A stretch of 64,000 bases of DNA from Candidatus Poribacteria bacterium (GTDB lineage: Bacteria; Poribacteria; WGA-4E; WGA-3G). The notes beneath the pieces were generated by a model. It saw only the letters and a list, made by a program, of their open reading frames with translations. It did not search any database and had not been told where the DNA came from. Positions 46,957 to 56,999 of the stretch are shown here, piece by piece. Position 1 is the stretch's first letter, and each line of letters begins with the position of its first letter. The stretch covers positions 864,001 to 928,000 of the forward strand of contig OZ242029.1 in assembly GCA_965205015.1 (NCBI GenBank). The letters run 5' to 3'. The translations under genes were made by a program, and so were the position numbers.

Positions 46957-47886
46957 ATGAAACTCGTTACCTTTCAAACCAAATCGACGAATACCCCACC
47001 AAAACTCGGCGCGTGGATTGACGGTGATCAGATCATTGACCTCACCGCAGTTGTCCCAGATATGTGCCAATTCTTTGAACAGAATTGCATCGCTGACGCT
47101 CACGGGTACATCGAACGCGCAGACGTGTCCGATGTTGTTTTCCCTGTTGCTGATGTACAGCTGCTCGCGCCGTTTCCGCGTCCTGCAAGCCTGCGGGATT
47201 TCGGCGTATTCAAAACCCACATGGACGCTGCAGCACGGATCACCGGCAAAGAGATCTCACCTGAATGGTTCAAATTGCCTAATTACTACCGCGGCAGCAC
47301 GAGTCCAGCCTCCATTGCTGGACACAAAACCGTTGTTACCTGGCCCAACTACACCGAAAAACTCGATTTTGAACTCGAATGGGGCGTCTATATCGGTAAA
47401 ACTGGGAAAAACATCTCCGTAGCAGAAGCCTCCGAGTACATCGCCGGCTACACGATTTACAATGACATCAGCGCTCGGGATATTCAATTCCGACACATGA
47501 CCATGGCACTCGGGCCCGCGAAAGGGAAAGACTTTGACAATAGCAACATTATGGGACCCTGTCTCGTTACACCCGATGAAATCGGCGATCCGTACAACCT
47601 CCGAATGATCGCCAGAGTCAACGACGAAGTCTGGGCAGACGGCAATACCTCGGATATGTATTACTCGTTTGAAGAAATGATTTCGTTCGTTTCACAATCA
47701 GAAACGCTCTATCCCGGTGAATTTTTAGGCTCCGGCACCGTCGGAAAAGGGTGCGGATGGGAACTCGACCGCTGGATTCAACCGGGGGATGTCATTGAAC
47801 TGGAGGTTGAAAATATCGGCGCGCTCAGAAACCAAATCGGGGAACCAGAAGTGAACCCCGCCGAATGGACGGAAAAAGGGCTATAA
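46957..47886 (+). CDS. Fumarylacetoacetate hydrolase family protein
   Basis: LDFELE, GYTIYNDISARD, KGKDFD, GPCLVTPDE, GSGT, PGDVIELEV. Confidence 0.9.
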   Translation: MKLVTFQTKSTNTPPKLGAWIDGDQIIDLTAVVPDMCQFFEQNCIADAHGYIERADVSDVVFPVADVQLLAPFPRPASLRDFGVFKTHMDAAARITGKEISPEWFKLPNYYRGSTSPASIAGHKTVVTWPNYTEKLDFELEWGVYIGKTGKNISVAEASEYIAGYTIYNDISARDIQFRHMTMALGPAKGKDFDNSNIMGPCLVTPDEIGDPYNLRMIARVNDEVWADGNTSDMYYSFEEMISFVSQSETLYPGEFLGSGTVGKGCGWELDRWIQPGDVIELEVENIGALRNQIGEPEVNPAEWTEKGL

Positions 47887-47889
47887 AAA

Positions 47890-48639
47890 ATGCGACTCAA
47901 AGACAAGGTATCCATCGTTACAGGGGCCGCATCCGGCATCGGAAAAGCCACAGCGATCCTGTTCGCCGAACACGGGGCAAAGATAGTCATCGCTGACATT
48001 GATGAAGACCGTGCAAACCAAACTGTTGCCACTATCCGAGAGGCAGGCAACGAAGCCATCTATGTCCAAACCGATGTGACAATTTCAGATAACACCGAAC
48101 GGATGGTACAGGAGACCCTGAACACCTACGGAAAACTTGATATCTTGCTCAGCAGTGCTGGAATCGCAATGCGACTCCCCGTTGGCGATCTGCCCGAAGA
48201 AGACTGGCACCGTTGTTTAGATGTGAATCTCACCGGGGTCTATCTCTCTGCCAAAGCAGCGATCCCCGCAATGCTGAAAAATGGTGGGGGTTCCATCATC
48301 AACCTGTCCTCTATCTACGGACTGGTCGGCGCGGACGTTCGGGCAGCGTACGTCGCTTCCAAAGGTGGTGTGACGAACCTCACCCGCGGGATGGCACTCG
48401 ACTACGCTGAGGACAACATTCGGGTCAACTGCATCTGTCCCGGCTTCGTTGAAACGCCGTTAGTCGCGGGTGTCATCAAGACGCCAAAGGAATACAAGAC
48501 GCTTGCGGACAAGCACCCGATGCGTCGGCTCGCGCAGCCCGAAGAGATCGCCTACGGTGCACTCTACCTCGCCTCCGATGAGTCTGCCTTCGTTACAGGC
48601 ATCGCTTTACCGATTGATGGTGGCTATACTGCCGCATAA
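47890..48639 (+). CDS. Short-chain dehydrogenase/reductase
   Basis: TGAASGIG, YVASK, IRVNCICPG, DGGY. Confidence 0.93.
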   Translation: MRLKDKVSIVTGAASGIGKATAILFAEHGAKIVIADIDEDRANQTVATIREAGNEAIYVQTDVTISDNTERMVQETLNTYGKLDILLSSAGIAMRLPVGDLPEEDWHRCLDVNLTGVYLSAKAAIPAMLKNGGGSIINLSSIYGLVGADVRAAYVASKGGVTNLTRGMALDYAEDNIRVNCICPGFVETPLVAGVIKTPKEYKTLADKHPMRRLAQPEEIAYGALYLASDESAFVTGIALPIDGGYTAA

Positions 48640-48641
48640 AA

Positions 48642-51398
48642 ATGCGAAAAATTTTCTTCTCTGTCTTCCTCATTTTGCTCATAAACAGTGCGTATCTGTT
48701 CAGCTTCGGCGAACCGACGCTCTTTTACATCTCCAACGTCCTGTTCCACGTTGGGCTCGGTGTTGTTCTCATAATCCCATTCAGTATCTATGTCTATCGA
48801 CATTTAGGGCGTAGCTTGCAAGCCCATATTCAGCAGAAGCGCATCCCGATACTCGGACAAGCAGGGAGTATCGGAATAGCAGTTGGTATCATCAGTGGGG
48901 GTTATCTGATGGTGGTCGGAGCGACGACTCCCTATCGGTGGCTACTCATCACGCACATCGTCAGTGTAAGCGTAGGGAGTATTCTTCTTTGTGTTCACCT
49001 CTTAAGAGACAAAGAATTCCTCACACCACTGTTCAAAAAAATTAGCATCGGCGTGCTGACGGTTGTCGTCCTTTTCCCGATAGGCGCGAAACTCACACAA
49101 CACTACTTGCCGAATGAAACGTATCTCGTCGAGAACCCCGCGCTCCCCCCCACGAGCATGTACGAAGAGGGCGGTGGTACAACCGGGCACTTCTTTCCCG
49201 CATCCGTCGAAACAGAGACCGGCGCGCTGATCCCAACCGATTTCTTCCTTACATCGGAGACCTGCGCCACCAAGGGATGCCACCCAGATATCTATCAGCA
49301 ATGGAACGAATCCGCCCATCATTTCTCCTCTTTCAATAACCAGTGGTATCGCAAATCCATTATCTATATGCAGGAGGTCAACGGCATTCAACCCTCCAAA
49401 TGGTGCGGCGGATGCCACGACCCCGCAATCCTACTCAACGGGGTGATGGACAGACCGATTCGTGAAAACCTTCATACACCCGCCGCGCAAGCAGGACTCG
49501 CATGTACGGCGTGCCACTCCATCGAAAAAGTCAAAGATACGATGGGCAACAGTGGGTATGTGATTAAATACCCACCACTTCACGACATTGCTGCCAGCGA
49601 GAATTCGGTTATCCGCAATTTGCACAACTACCTTATTCGGCTGGATCCGGAGCCTCACAAAAAAAGTTTCCTCAAACCGTTCCACCGTGAAAACACCGCC
49701 GAATTCTGTTCAACCTGTCATAAAGTGCATCTCGACGAACCCGTCAACAATTTTCGATGGCTACGCGGTTTTAACGACTACGATCAGTGGCAGAAAAGCG
49801 GGGTCTCACATCAAGGCGCGCTGTCCTTCTACTACCCCGAAACGGCGAAGAAGTGTGTCGATTGTCACATGCCACTCGTTGACTCCACAGACGCTGGGAA
49901 TATCAACGGCAAGGTCCACAACCACCGATTCCCCGCCGCGAACACCGCACTGCCCTTTGTGAATCAGCATCCAGAACAACTCAAAATCGTAACAGATTTT
50001 TTGCAGGATGACGTGGTAACCCTCGATCTATTCGCAGACGGGGTACCGATCCCACGTGACGGTACCGAAGTCCCACGAGGCGAAAACACACGGGTTGATG
50101 TCGTCGTTCGCACACGGGGGGTCGGTCACCGTTTTCCCGCTGGCACGATTGACGCATTTGACATCTGGTTGGAGGTGAAAGCCACCGATGAAAACGGCAA
50201 AATCGTCTTCTGGAACGGCAGAATCGCCGCACCCGATGGAAATGGACCTGTCGATCCAAGCGCCCACTTTTACCGCGCCTATATGTTGGATGCCCACGGA
50301 AACCTGATTAATAAACGAAACGCTTGGGCAGCCCGAACGATTCTCTATTCAAACACGATCCCACCGGGTGCCGCCGATACTGCACGCTACCGACTCGAAA
50401 TCCCCGCCGATTGCGGAAATCTTCTCACAGTGGAGGCGAAACTCAATTACCGTAAATTCAATTGGTGGCATACACAGTGGGCTTACGCCGGTGTACGCGA
50501 CCCGGAAGACACGGATTTTCAGATAGATAAAGGCTACGATGACGGCAAGTGGGTCTGGACTGGCGACACCTCGGACGTCGCAGGAAAAATTAAGGCGATC
50601 CCAAACCTACCCACTGTCGTAATGGCATCCACCAAAGCAACCTTAAAAGTAGCAGGCACAGTCCCTGTGCCGTCAGCCGAAGTAGGCGAAACACCCTCTG
50701 CGTCGTTACAAAAAGCAGGAGATGTAGTCTCTATGTCCTCCCAACCTCAAAATGCTCGCGAACGGTGGAACGACTACGGCATCGGGCTACTCCTACAAGG
50801 CGATCTGAAAGCCGCAGAGACTGCGTTCTTAAAGGTAACCGAGATAGAGCCAACATACCTCGATGGATGGGTAAACGTGGCAAGAGTCAGAATCCAAGAG
50901 GGAGACATGCAAGGCGCAGAAGCGATGCTTGAAAAGGCATTTGAAATCCAGAAGACCTTGCCCCCTGAAAACCCACATCGCGCGAAGGTCCACTACTTTT
51001 ACGCCCTCATTCAGGAGACGTATGGCAATTACGACACAGCGATTGAGCATCTCCAGCGCGCCGTTTCGCAATTCCCGCGTGATACCCGGGTCCGAAATAA
51101 ACTCGGACGCATGCACTTCCTAAAACGCAACTACGAAACCGCTCTATCTGAATTCCAAAAGACGCTCACCGTCGACCCAGAAGACCTGGATGCACATTAC
51201 AACATGATGCGGTGTTACCGTGCCCTCAAGAACCCCTCGCTCGCCGCCAAATCGCAAAAACTCTACCTACGTTTCAAAGCAGACGAATCCGTTGACGCAA
51301 TCACCGGTATCCCTCGCCGCGCAGATCCCGATGTCAACCGTGAACGCCAACGGATCCACGAACACACCAACAGTTATGAACCCCTACCCAACCCCTGA
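48642..51398 (+). CDS. Membrane-anchored multiheme cytochrome c with C-terminal TPR repeats
   Basis: N-terminal TM helices. CATKGCH (atypical), CGGCH, CTACH, CSTCH, CVDCH. TPR units after about residue 705. Confidence 0.85.
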   Translation: MRKIFFSVFLILLINSAYLFSFGEPTLFYISNVLFHVGLGVVLIIPFSIYVYRHLGRSLQAHIQQKRIPILGQAGSIGIAVGIISGGYLMVVGATTPYRWLLITHIVSVSVGSILLCVHLLRDKEFLTPLFKKISIGVLTVVVLFPIGAKLTQHYLPNETYLVENPALPPTSMYEEGGGTTGHFFPASVETETGALIPTDFFLTSETCATKGCHPDIYQQWNESAHHFSSFNNQWYRKSIIYMQEVNGIQPSKWCGGCHDPAILLNGVMDRPIRENLHTPAAQAGLACTACHSIEKVKDTMGNSGYVIKYPPLHDIAASENSVIRNLHNYLIRLDPEPHKKSFLKPFHRENTAEFCSTCHKVHLDEPVNNFRWLRGFNDYDQWQKSGVSHQGALSFYYPETAKKCVDCHMPLVDSTDAGNINGKVHNHRFPAANTALPFVNQHPEQLKIVTDFLQDDVVTLDLFADGVPIPRDGTEVPRGENTRVDVVVRTRGVGHRFPAGTIDAFDIWLEVKATDENGKIVFWNGRIAAPDGNGPVDPSAHFYRAYMLDAHGNLINKRNAWAARTILYSNTIPPGAADTARYRLEIPADCGNLLTVEAKLNYRKFNWWHTQWAYAGVRDPEDTDFQIDKGYDDGKWVWTGDTSDVAGKIKAIPNLPTVVMASTKATLKVAGTVPVPSAEVGETPSASLQKAGDVVSMSSQPQNARERWNDYGIGLLLQGDLKAAETAFLKVTEIEPTYLDGWVNVARVRIQEGDMQGAEAMLEKAFEIQKTLPPENPHRAKVHYFYALIQETYGNYDTAIEHLQRAVSQFPRDTRVRNKLGRMHFLKRNYETALSEFQKTLTVDPEDLDAHYNMMRCYRALKNPSLAAKSQKLYLRFKADESVDAITGIPRRADPDVNRERQRIHEHTNSYEPLPNP

Positions 51399-52152
51399 AC
51401 ACCAACACGCCGCTGAAGCGATTGTCGAGCTCTTTACCACAATCCCAGAAATTGAAACCGTCTGTTTAATTTGCTCATGTGCTCGCGGCAAGGCAACCCG
51501 AGACAGTTGTCTGGATATCCTCGTCCTCGGTAGACCTGAAGCCATGTCCACAGCACAAGCAGACCTTCAGAAAGTTTGGGACGAATTCTATACAACTGAC
51601 TCCATCTTTCAAAAGCTCGCTGCTGTCGGGAAATATGCACACGTTGATCTCGAATTCAGCGACGGACACTTCGTGCCGACGGAACACGCTTGGGTCGGTG
51701 GACCGGATGAGTTTGAACTCGTAATTGGCAACTACCTCGTCTATAACGTCCCGCTCCACCAGAAAGGCAATTACCTCAACGAACTCAAGGCAAAGTGGTT
51801 GCCCTACTACGATGAACCCCTACGCCACGATCGGTTATCAATGGTGCGGAAGTATTGTCTCAACAACCTCGACCATATTCCACCCTACGTTGAGCGCGGA
51901 CTCCACTTCCAGTGTTTCAACCGCTTTTACGATGCGTTCCGTGAGTTCCTACAAGCCCTCTTCATTGCTCGACGCACCTACCCCATCGCCTACGACAAGT
52001 GGATCCAAGAACAGATTGTAGATATCTTGGGATTACCAGAACTCTATGAGAAGCTGCCCCGCCTGTTTGAATTCCATAACTTTGAGAGCCGTGATATTCT
52101 TGACAAGACAAATATTTTGCGGGAGCTGCTTGACGAATATGCTCCTATTTAA
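51376..52152 (+). CDS. Pol-beta-like nucleotidyltransferase domain protein (atypical motif)
   Basis: ICSCARGKATRDSCLDI aligns with hGS.ARG....SDhD. C-terminal helical LQALF...YP..YDKW. Confidence 0.65.
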   Translation: MNPYPTPEHQHAAEAIVELFTTIPEIETVCLICSCARGKATRDSCLDILVLGRPEAMSTAQADLQKVWDEFYTTDSIFQKLAAVGKYAHVDLEFSDGHFVPTEHAWVGGPDEFELVIGNYLVYNVPLHQKGNYLNELKAKWLPYYDEPLRHDRLSMVRKYCLNNLDHIPPYVERGLHFQCFNRFYDAFREFLQALFIARRTYPIAYDKWIQEQIVDILGLPELYEKLPRLFEFHNFESRDILDKTNILRELLDEYAPI

Positions 52153-52321
52153 CGTGAACTTGATAATAGTACAAGTATAGTTGCAGGCTCCGTGTAGTAG
52201 ACGTATTTGTAAGCACTCCGTTATTCGACACCCTTTTATCCCTGAATCCTGTAAATCCCGATTCTGACAATAGACAAAAACTCTACACACTCCCGCTGAT
52301 CCCTCCAACCTCCAAATGCAT

Positions 52322-52350
52322 TTGACAACCTTCCTACGATATGCTATACT
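52322..52350 (+). promoter_or_regulatory. Sigma70 promoter
   Basis: TTGACA-17 nt-TATACT with TGn. Confidence 0.7.
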
Positions 52351-52414
52351 AATCCCGAAAATCCAGAGACCGAAAAAACATAACGCAACGACAAAGAAAT
52401 AGGAACTGATAAAA

Positions 52415-52864
52415 ATGGAACACACAACCCGAATTGAACTCGAAAATCTAAAAGATCTGTATGCCGTAGAATTAGGTGCTATCAACTCCGAAAATGTACG
52501 CAGAATCACCATCGAAAACGCCCTCGTCGATACCGGCGCAACAGGACTTTGTTTACCTACATCACTGATTCACCAACTCGAGCTCACGCCGATCCGAAAC
52601 ATTCGCGCACAGACCGCAAACGGTACCATAGAACGGACTGTTTATTCACAGGTAAAATATACGGTATTGGAACGAAGTGACTTCATCACAGTAACAGACC
52701 TTCCTGAAGATGCACCTGTTCTCGTCGGACACATGATCTTGGAAGCACTTGACCTCTGTGTTGACATAGAAAACGGATTGATTTACAATCCCGCTCATGA
52801 CGGTGAATGGATGATAAAAATCCTTCTGAATATCCCCACCTATATCAATGGAGACAGCGGTTGA
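52415..52864 (+). CDS. Clan AA (retropepsin-like) aspartic protease
   Basis: ALVDTGAT, TANG, LVG..LEALDL.VD. Confidence 0.85.
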   Translation: MEHTTRIELENLKDLYAVELGAINSENVRRITIENALVDTGATGLCLPTSLIHQLELTPIRNIRAQTANGTIERTVYSQVKYTVLERSDFITVTDLPEDAPVLVGHMILEALDLCVDIENGLIYNPAHDGEWMIKILLNIPTYINGDSG

Positions 52865-54273
52865 GCGTAAATACACATAAAAACCTTCTACGGCACCTGC
52901 CCGCCATCGAAAAACTCCTGAACACACAGGAAATGCTCGACTTGCAAGCCACCTACGCGCGTTCCCTCGTGACAGAGACACTGCGCGCCGTCGTTGCTGA
53001 TGTTCGAAACGACATTCTGAGCGGAAACCAGACACAATTACCAGCACACACGGAATATGCCCAACGAACGCGCCAGAAAATTGAGACAAAGATTGGGGCA
53101 CGCATGCGTCCCGTCGTCAACGCAACAGGCACGGTCACGCACACCAACTTAGGCAGATCGCTGCTCAGCACGACTGCCTGTGACGCTATCCAGCAAGCCG
53201 CACAAAACTACGTCAACCTCGAATACGACATCGCGACTGGCAACCGAGGACATCGAGATAGAATTACCGAACCTCTTTTACAGCAGTTGACCGGCTGCGA
53301 GGCATCTACAATCGTTAACAACAACGCCGCAGCGGTTCTACTCGCACTCCAGACGATGGCACGCGGTAAAGAAGTCATCGTCTCACGAGGCGAACTGATC
53401 GAAATCGGTGGCGCGTTCCGAATCCCCGACGTGATGGCAGCAAGCGGCGCGATCCTCCGCGAAGTCGGCACCACCAACCGAACCCATCTCCGCGATTACA
53501 CCGAGGCTATTAATGAGAACACAGGATTACTGCTCAAGGTGCATCCGAGCAACTACAAAATTCTCGGTTTCACGTCAACACCCACGATGGAAGAACTGAC
53601 GGAACTCGGTGCACAGCACGGGATCCCAACGATGGAAGACCTTGGGAGCGGTGCACTCATTGACATGACAACTTATGGACTCCCGCACGAACCGCTCGTT
53701 GGAGAACGAATCGCCAGCGGTGTTGACATTGTGACCTTTAGCGGGGATAAACTGCTCGGTGGACCCCAAGCCGGAATTATCGTCGGTAAAGCGGAATGGA
53801 TTGAACAGATGCGTAAAAATCCGATGATGCGGGCACTCCGGGTCGATAAACTCATCATCGCCGGTCTGTCAGCGACATTGCAACTCTATCTCACAGAGGA
53901 TACCACCCTAATTGAACGGTTTCCGATGCTCAATCGCTATACCCGACCAATAGAGACACTCCACACCCTCGCAACCGAACTCAAGGCACAGTTAGAACCC
54001 CTCTTCGGAAAAAAAGTGGATATTCAGGTCTCAGAAACCTACGGACAAATCGGAAGTGGTGCCCTCCCTGTCGAGACATTGCCGAGTATCGCCCTTGTCC
54101 TTGAACCGTCGGAAGTTTCCGCTGAGATGCTCGCCGCCCAATTTCGAAACGCTCCTATCCCGGTCATTGGTAGAATCAAAGAAGGTCTTTTTTGGTTGGA
54201 TCTACGGACAGTTTATGAAAGAGAACAGGCGTGGATAGTCGAAACCGCTACACAGGTTGCAGAAACCTTATGA
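52861..54273 (+). CDS. selA: L-seryl-tRNA(Sec) selenium transferase
   Basis: VVNATGTVTHTNLGRS, NNNAAAV, SRGELIEIGGAFRIPDVM, EVGTTNRT, DLGSG, FSGDKLLGGPQAG (PLP Lys), RALRVDK. TTG start overlaps the upstream TGA. Confidence 0.95.
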   Translation: MSVNTHKNLLRHLPAIEKLLNTQEMLDLQATYARSLVTETLRAVVADVRNDILSGNQTQLPAHTEYAQRTRQKIETKIGARMRPVVNATGTVTHTNLGRSLLSTTACDAIQQAAQNYVNLEYDIATGNRGHRDRITEPLLQQLTGCEASTIVNNNAAAVLLALQTMARGKEVIVSRGELIEIGGAFRIPDVMAASGAILREVGTTNRTHLRDYTEAINENTGLLLKVHPSNYKILGFTSTPTMEELTELGAQHGIPTMEDLGSGALIDMTTYGLPHEPLVGERIASGVDIVTFSGDKLLGGPQAGIIVGKAEWIEQMRKNPMMRALRVDKLIIAGLSATLQLYLTEDTTLIERFPMLNRYTRPIETLHTLATELKAQLEPLFGKKVDIQVSETYGQIGSGALPVETLPSIALVLEPSEVSAEMLAAQFRNAPIPVIGRIKEGLFWLDLRTVYEREQAWIVETATQVAETL

Positions 54274-55079
54274 GCATTGCAGGAATCCTGCTTATCAGCA
54301 TTGTCAGTGTTGGTTTGTCCGCCTGCACGCAAAGCGAGAAGGGGTCCCCCATTGAATCAACCACAGAAATTGTCTCTGAAGTTGACGGTGCGACAATGGT
54401 CCTGATTCCGGCAGGCACGTTTCAGATGGGATCCACTACTGGTGATAGCGACGAACAACCCGTGCATACCGTCACTCTCGATGCCTTTTACATGGACATG
54501 CACGAGGTAACAAATGCCCGCTACCAGAAATTCGTCCAAAGCACAGGCTATCCTCAACCGCCGCTGTCGCATAACCCAAGATTCAATGCTCCCGATGCCC
54601 CTGTTGTTCGGATAAACTGGCGCGATGCGGCTGCGTACGCAGCGTGGGCAAATAAACGACTGCCGACCGAGGCAGAATGGGAATATGCCGCACGCGGGGG
54701 TCTGATTGGCAAACAATATCCGAATGGTGATATAATAACTTATGCAGATGCCAACCTCGGCAACATAGGGGGGGCAGATAAATGGAAGTGGACAGCACCC
54801 GTTGGCAGCTTCCCACCCAACGGCTATAATCTCTACGATATGGCAGGCAACGTGTGGGAATGGTGTTTTGATGAATACAACAGCGAATTCTATGGCATCA
54901 GCCCGGAAAATAACCCACGCTTCGGCAGAGAAATTGCGCCAGATACCGAAAACTTTCGTATCCTACGCGGCGGTGGTTGGGGCGGGAGCCCTGAAGACCT
55001 TCGCGTTGCAGATCGATGGTATCATCTCTCGTCTGGCAGCACGATCGGATTCCGATGCGTGAGAGATGTCACACCGTAG
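54270..55079 (+). CDS. SUMF1/FGE-sulfatase domain lipoprotein
   Basis: LSAC lipobox, FQMGS, EVTNA.Y, RLPTEAEWEYAARGG, GLYDM-like NLYDMAGNVWEW, RGG.W, IGFRC. Confidence 0.9.
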   Translation: MSIAGILLISIVSVGLSACTQSEKGSPIESTTEIVSEVDGATMVLIPAGTFQMGSTTGDSDEQPVHTVTLDAFYMDMHEVTNARYQKFVQSTGYPQPPLSHNPRFNAPDAPVVRINWRDAAAYAAWANKRLPTEAEWEYAARGGLIGKQYPNGDIITYADANLGNIGGADKWKWTAPVGSFPPNGYNLYDMAGNVWEWCFDEYNSEFYGISPENNPRFGREIAPDTENFRILRGGGWGGSPEDLRVADRWYHLSSGSTIGFRCVRDVTP

Positions 55080-55116
55080 GAAAATTGCTCTTGCCGTAAA
55101 AAATAGGAGGTAACTC

Positions 55117-55653
55117 ATGCAACGGCTTTTGCGCAAAGATTTTGTTATTTTCTTTTTACTCTTTCTGGTAATAGCTATATTTTGCGGCTTACTCAGTGAA
55201 CTCATGGGGGCTTCTTGGATCCGGACTGTTATCGGACTTATTCTTATGTATTTCCCTGTCTTATTGACATGGAGAATGGCACAGAAGCGGAAGCATAAAC
55301 GAGAAGCGGAACGGAAATCGTTAAAATCGCATAACCCCAGTACTCACACAACACAACCGGACACCGTGGGAAAAGTCCTCGTTGCCCAACAGAGAAGCGA
55401 CTTCTTTTTTAACCTGAGAATGTGGGGAATTGCCATTTTGTTCGGCGGTTTAGCGGGGTTAACTATCAGCGGTTTCTGGTCCGGAGTCCTGAATAGATGT
55501 TCTGCTTGTGGGCAATTTGATGCCGAAAAAGCCCACCGGAGGTCCGGGCCAAACCTGACTGTTTACTATAATTGTCCCGGCACAAAGGCACAGCGATTTC
55601 CGGTCCCCAAGCCACAGCAAGACACGCTTATCCGCCCGCTTGACGATAGATAG
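55117..55653 (+). CDS. Hypothetical membrane protein
   Basis: AGGAGG RBS, three hydrophobic segments, C-terminal CSAC...C. Confidence 0.6.
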   Translation: MQRLLRKDFVIFFLLFLVIAIFCGLLSELMGASWIRTVIGLILMYFPVLLTWRMAQKRKHKREAERKSLKSHNPSTHTTQPDTVGKVLVAQQRSDFFFNLRMWGIAILFGGLAGLTISGFWSGVLNRCSACGQFDAEKAHRRSGPNLTVYYNCPGTKAQRFPVPKPQQDTLIRPLDDR

Positions 55654-55692
55654 CACACCGCGGGAAAACCATGTGAGGACAAAAAAGAAAAA

Positions 55693-56778
55693 ATGGCAGT
55701 TGCAGTTCACTTAAACCGTGTCACAAAAGCATTCGATACGACGCTTGCCGTCAACGACGTGAGCTTGGAGATTGAGAAGGGTGAATTCTTTTTCCTTCTC
55801 GGTCCCTCTGGATGCGGCAAATCGACCTTTCTTCGAATCGTCGCCGGATTCTACAAACCCGACACCGGTGAACTCCGATTCGACGATACCGTCATGAACG
55901 ATGTGCCGCCGCACCAACGCAATACAGGGATGGTATTCCAGAACTATGCCCTATGGCCCCACATGTCCGTCGCCGAAAACATCGAATACGGGTTAACGCT
56001 TCGGAAACTGGAAAAAGCGGAACGAAATGAAAAAATCGCGCGCGCCCTCGAAATGGTACAGATGGAAGACTTTCGTGACCGTGCCGTCAATACCCTCTCC
56101 GGTGGACAACAGCAGCGCATCGCCCTCGCCCGCGCCCTCGTTATCGAACCGAGTGTCCTACTCCTCGACGAACCGATCAGTAACCTCGATGCCGCACTCC
56201 GACAGCAAATGCGCGACGAAATAAAGCAGATCCACGACCGCACTAATATTACAATGTTCTATGTCACACACGATCAGGTGGATGCCCTCTCTATGGCGGA
56301 TCGGATGGCAATTATGAAGGACGGGGTCGTCATTCAAGTCGGTACGCCGCGCGAAGTATATCAGTTTCCAAAGAACGCTTTTGTCGCAAGTTTCGTCGGG
56401 GAAACCAATTTCATCTCAGGCAAGGTCGAGCAAGCATCAAACGGTAGGGCTATTATAGAAACACCCGCCGGAACGCTCCACTCTACAACCGTCTATCACG
56501 AACTCACACAAGGGACACCTGTGCAGTGTTCAATTCGACCAGAAGCACTCATTATTGACAACGACCAGAATGGCGGAACCTCCATTGAAAATAGAATAAC
56601 AGCGCAAGTTACTGCCGTCAACTATCTGGGCAGAATAGAGGAATATCAACTGATGGTTTCCGCAGACATTCCCCTTAAAGCCGTCCACTACAATCCCGGC
56701 ACAGAAACAAAAAAGCCCGGAGACACTGTCCAACTTGCAATATCAGCAGACGCAGTTATCCCACTTCCAGATTTTTAA
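55693..56778 (+). CDS. ABC importer ATP-binding protein (PotA/FbpC-like)
   Basis: GPSGCGKS, FQNYALWPHM, LSGGQQQR, LLDEP, VTHDQ, C-terminal TOBE-like region. Confidence 0.92.
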   Translation: MAVAVHLNRVTKAFDTTLAVNDVSLEIEKGEFFFLLGPSGCGKSTFLRIVAGFYKPDTGELRFDDTVMNDVPPHQRNTGMVFQNYALWPHMSVAENIEYGLTLRKLEKAERNEKIARALEMVQMEDFRDRAVNTLSGGQQQRIALARALVIEPSVLLLDEPISNLDAALRQQMRDEIKQIHDRTNITMFYVTHDQVDALSMADRMAIMKDGVVIQVGTPREVYQFPKNAFVASFVGETNFISGKVEQASNGRAIIETPAGTLHSTTVYHELTQGTPVQCSIRPEALIIDNDQNGGTSIENRITAQVTAVNYLGRIEEYQLMVSADIPLKAVHYNPGTETKKPGDTVQLAISADAVIPLPDF

Positions 56779-56999
56779 TGATACCCGGGCCGAGAAATAA
56801 AGTGGGTTAAAACTATCAAGTACATCTTTTAAATCCGCCCTGCACTACGTTACGGGTTCAAGCCTTAGAATTTTAAATGCCGTATCAGGTTGCTTTCTAT
56901 CAAGCAAAACCATAGCCCGTAATGTAATGGAGGGCGACTCGATCGCGAAAACTTTCAATGTCCAAACCCCGTGATATACCCGCAAGGTAAAATTAAAAT
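56773..56999. repeat. ~225-bp intergenic repeat / MITE-like element
   Basis: Internal inverted pair CGCCCTGCACTACGTTACGGG / CCCGTAATGTAATGGAGGGCG. Right end CCGCAAGGTAAAATTAAAA. Related to 15651-15848. Confidence 0.6.

Noticed and set aside
52230-52270. ATCC-rich short repeat as a regulatory site
   Set aside because: Only one copy in the window, so nothing supports a function.
54270-55079. True formylglycine-generating enzyme for the sulfatase at 40500
   Set aside because: Lacks the catalytic Cys pair after RGG (reads RGGGWGGSPEDLR) and is a predicted lipoprotein.
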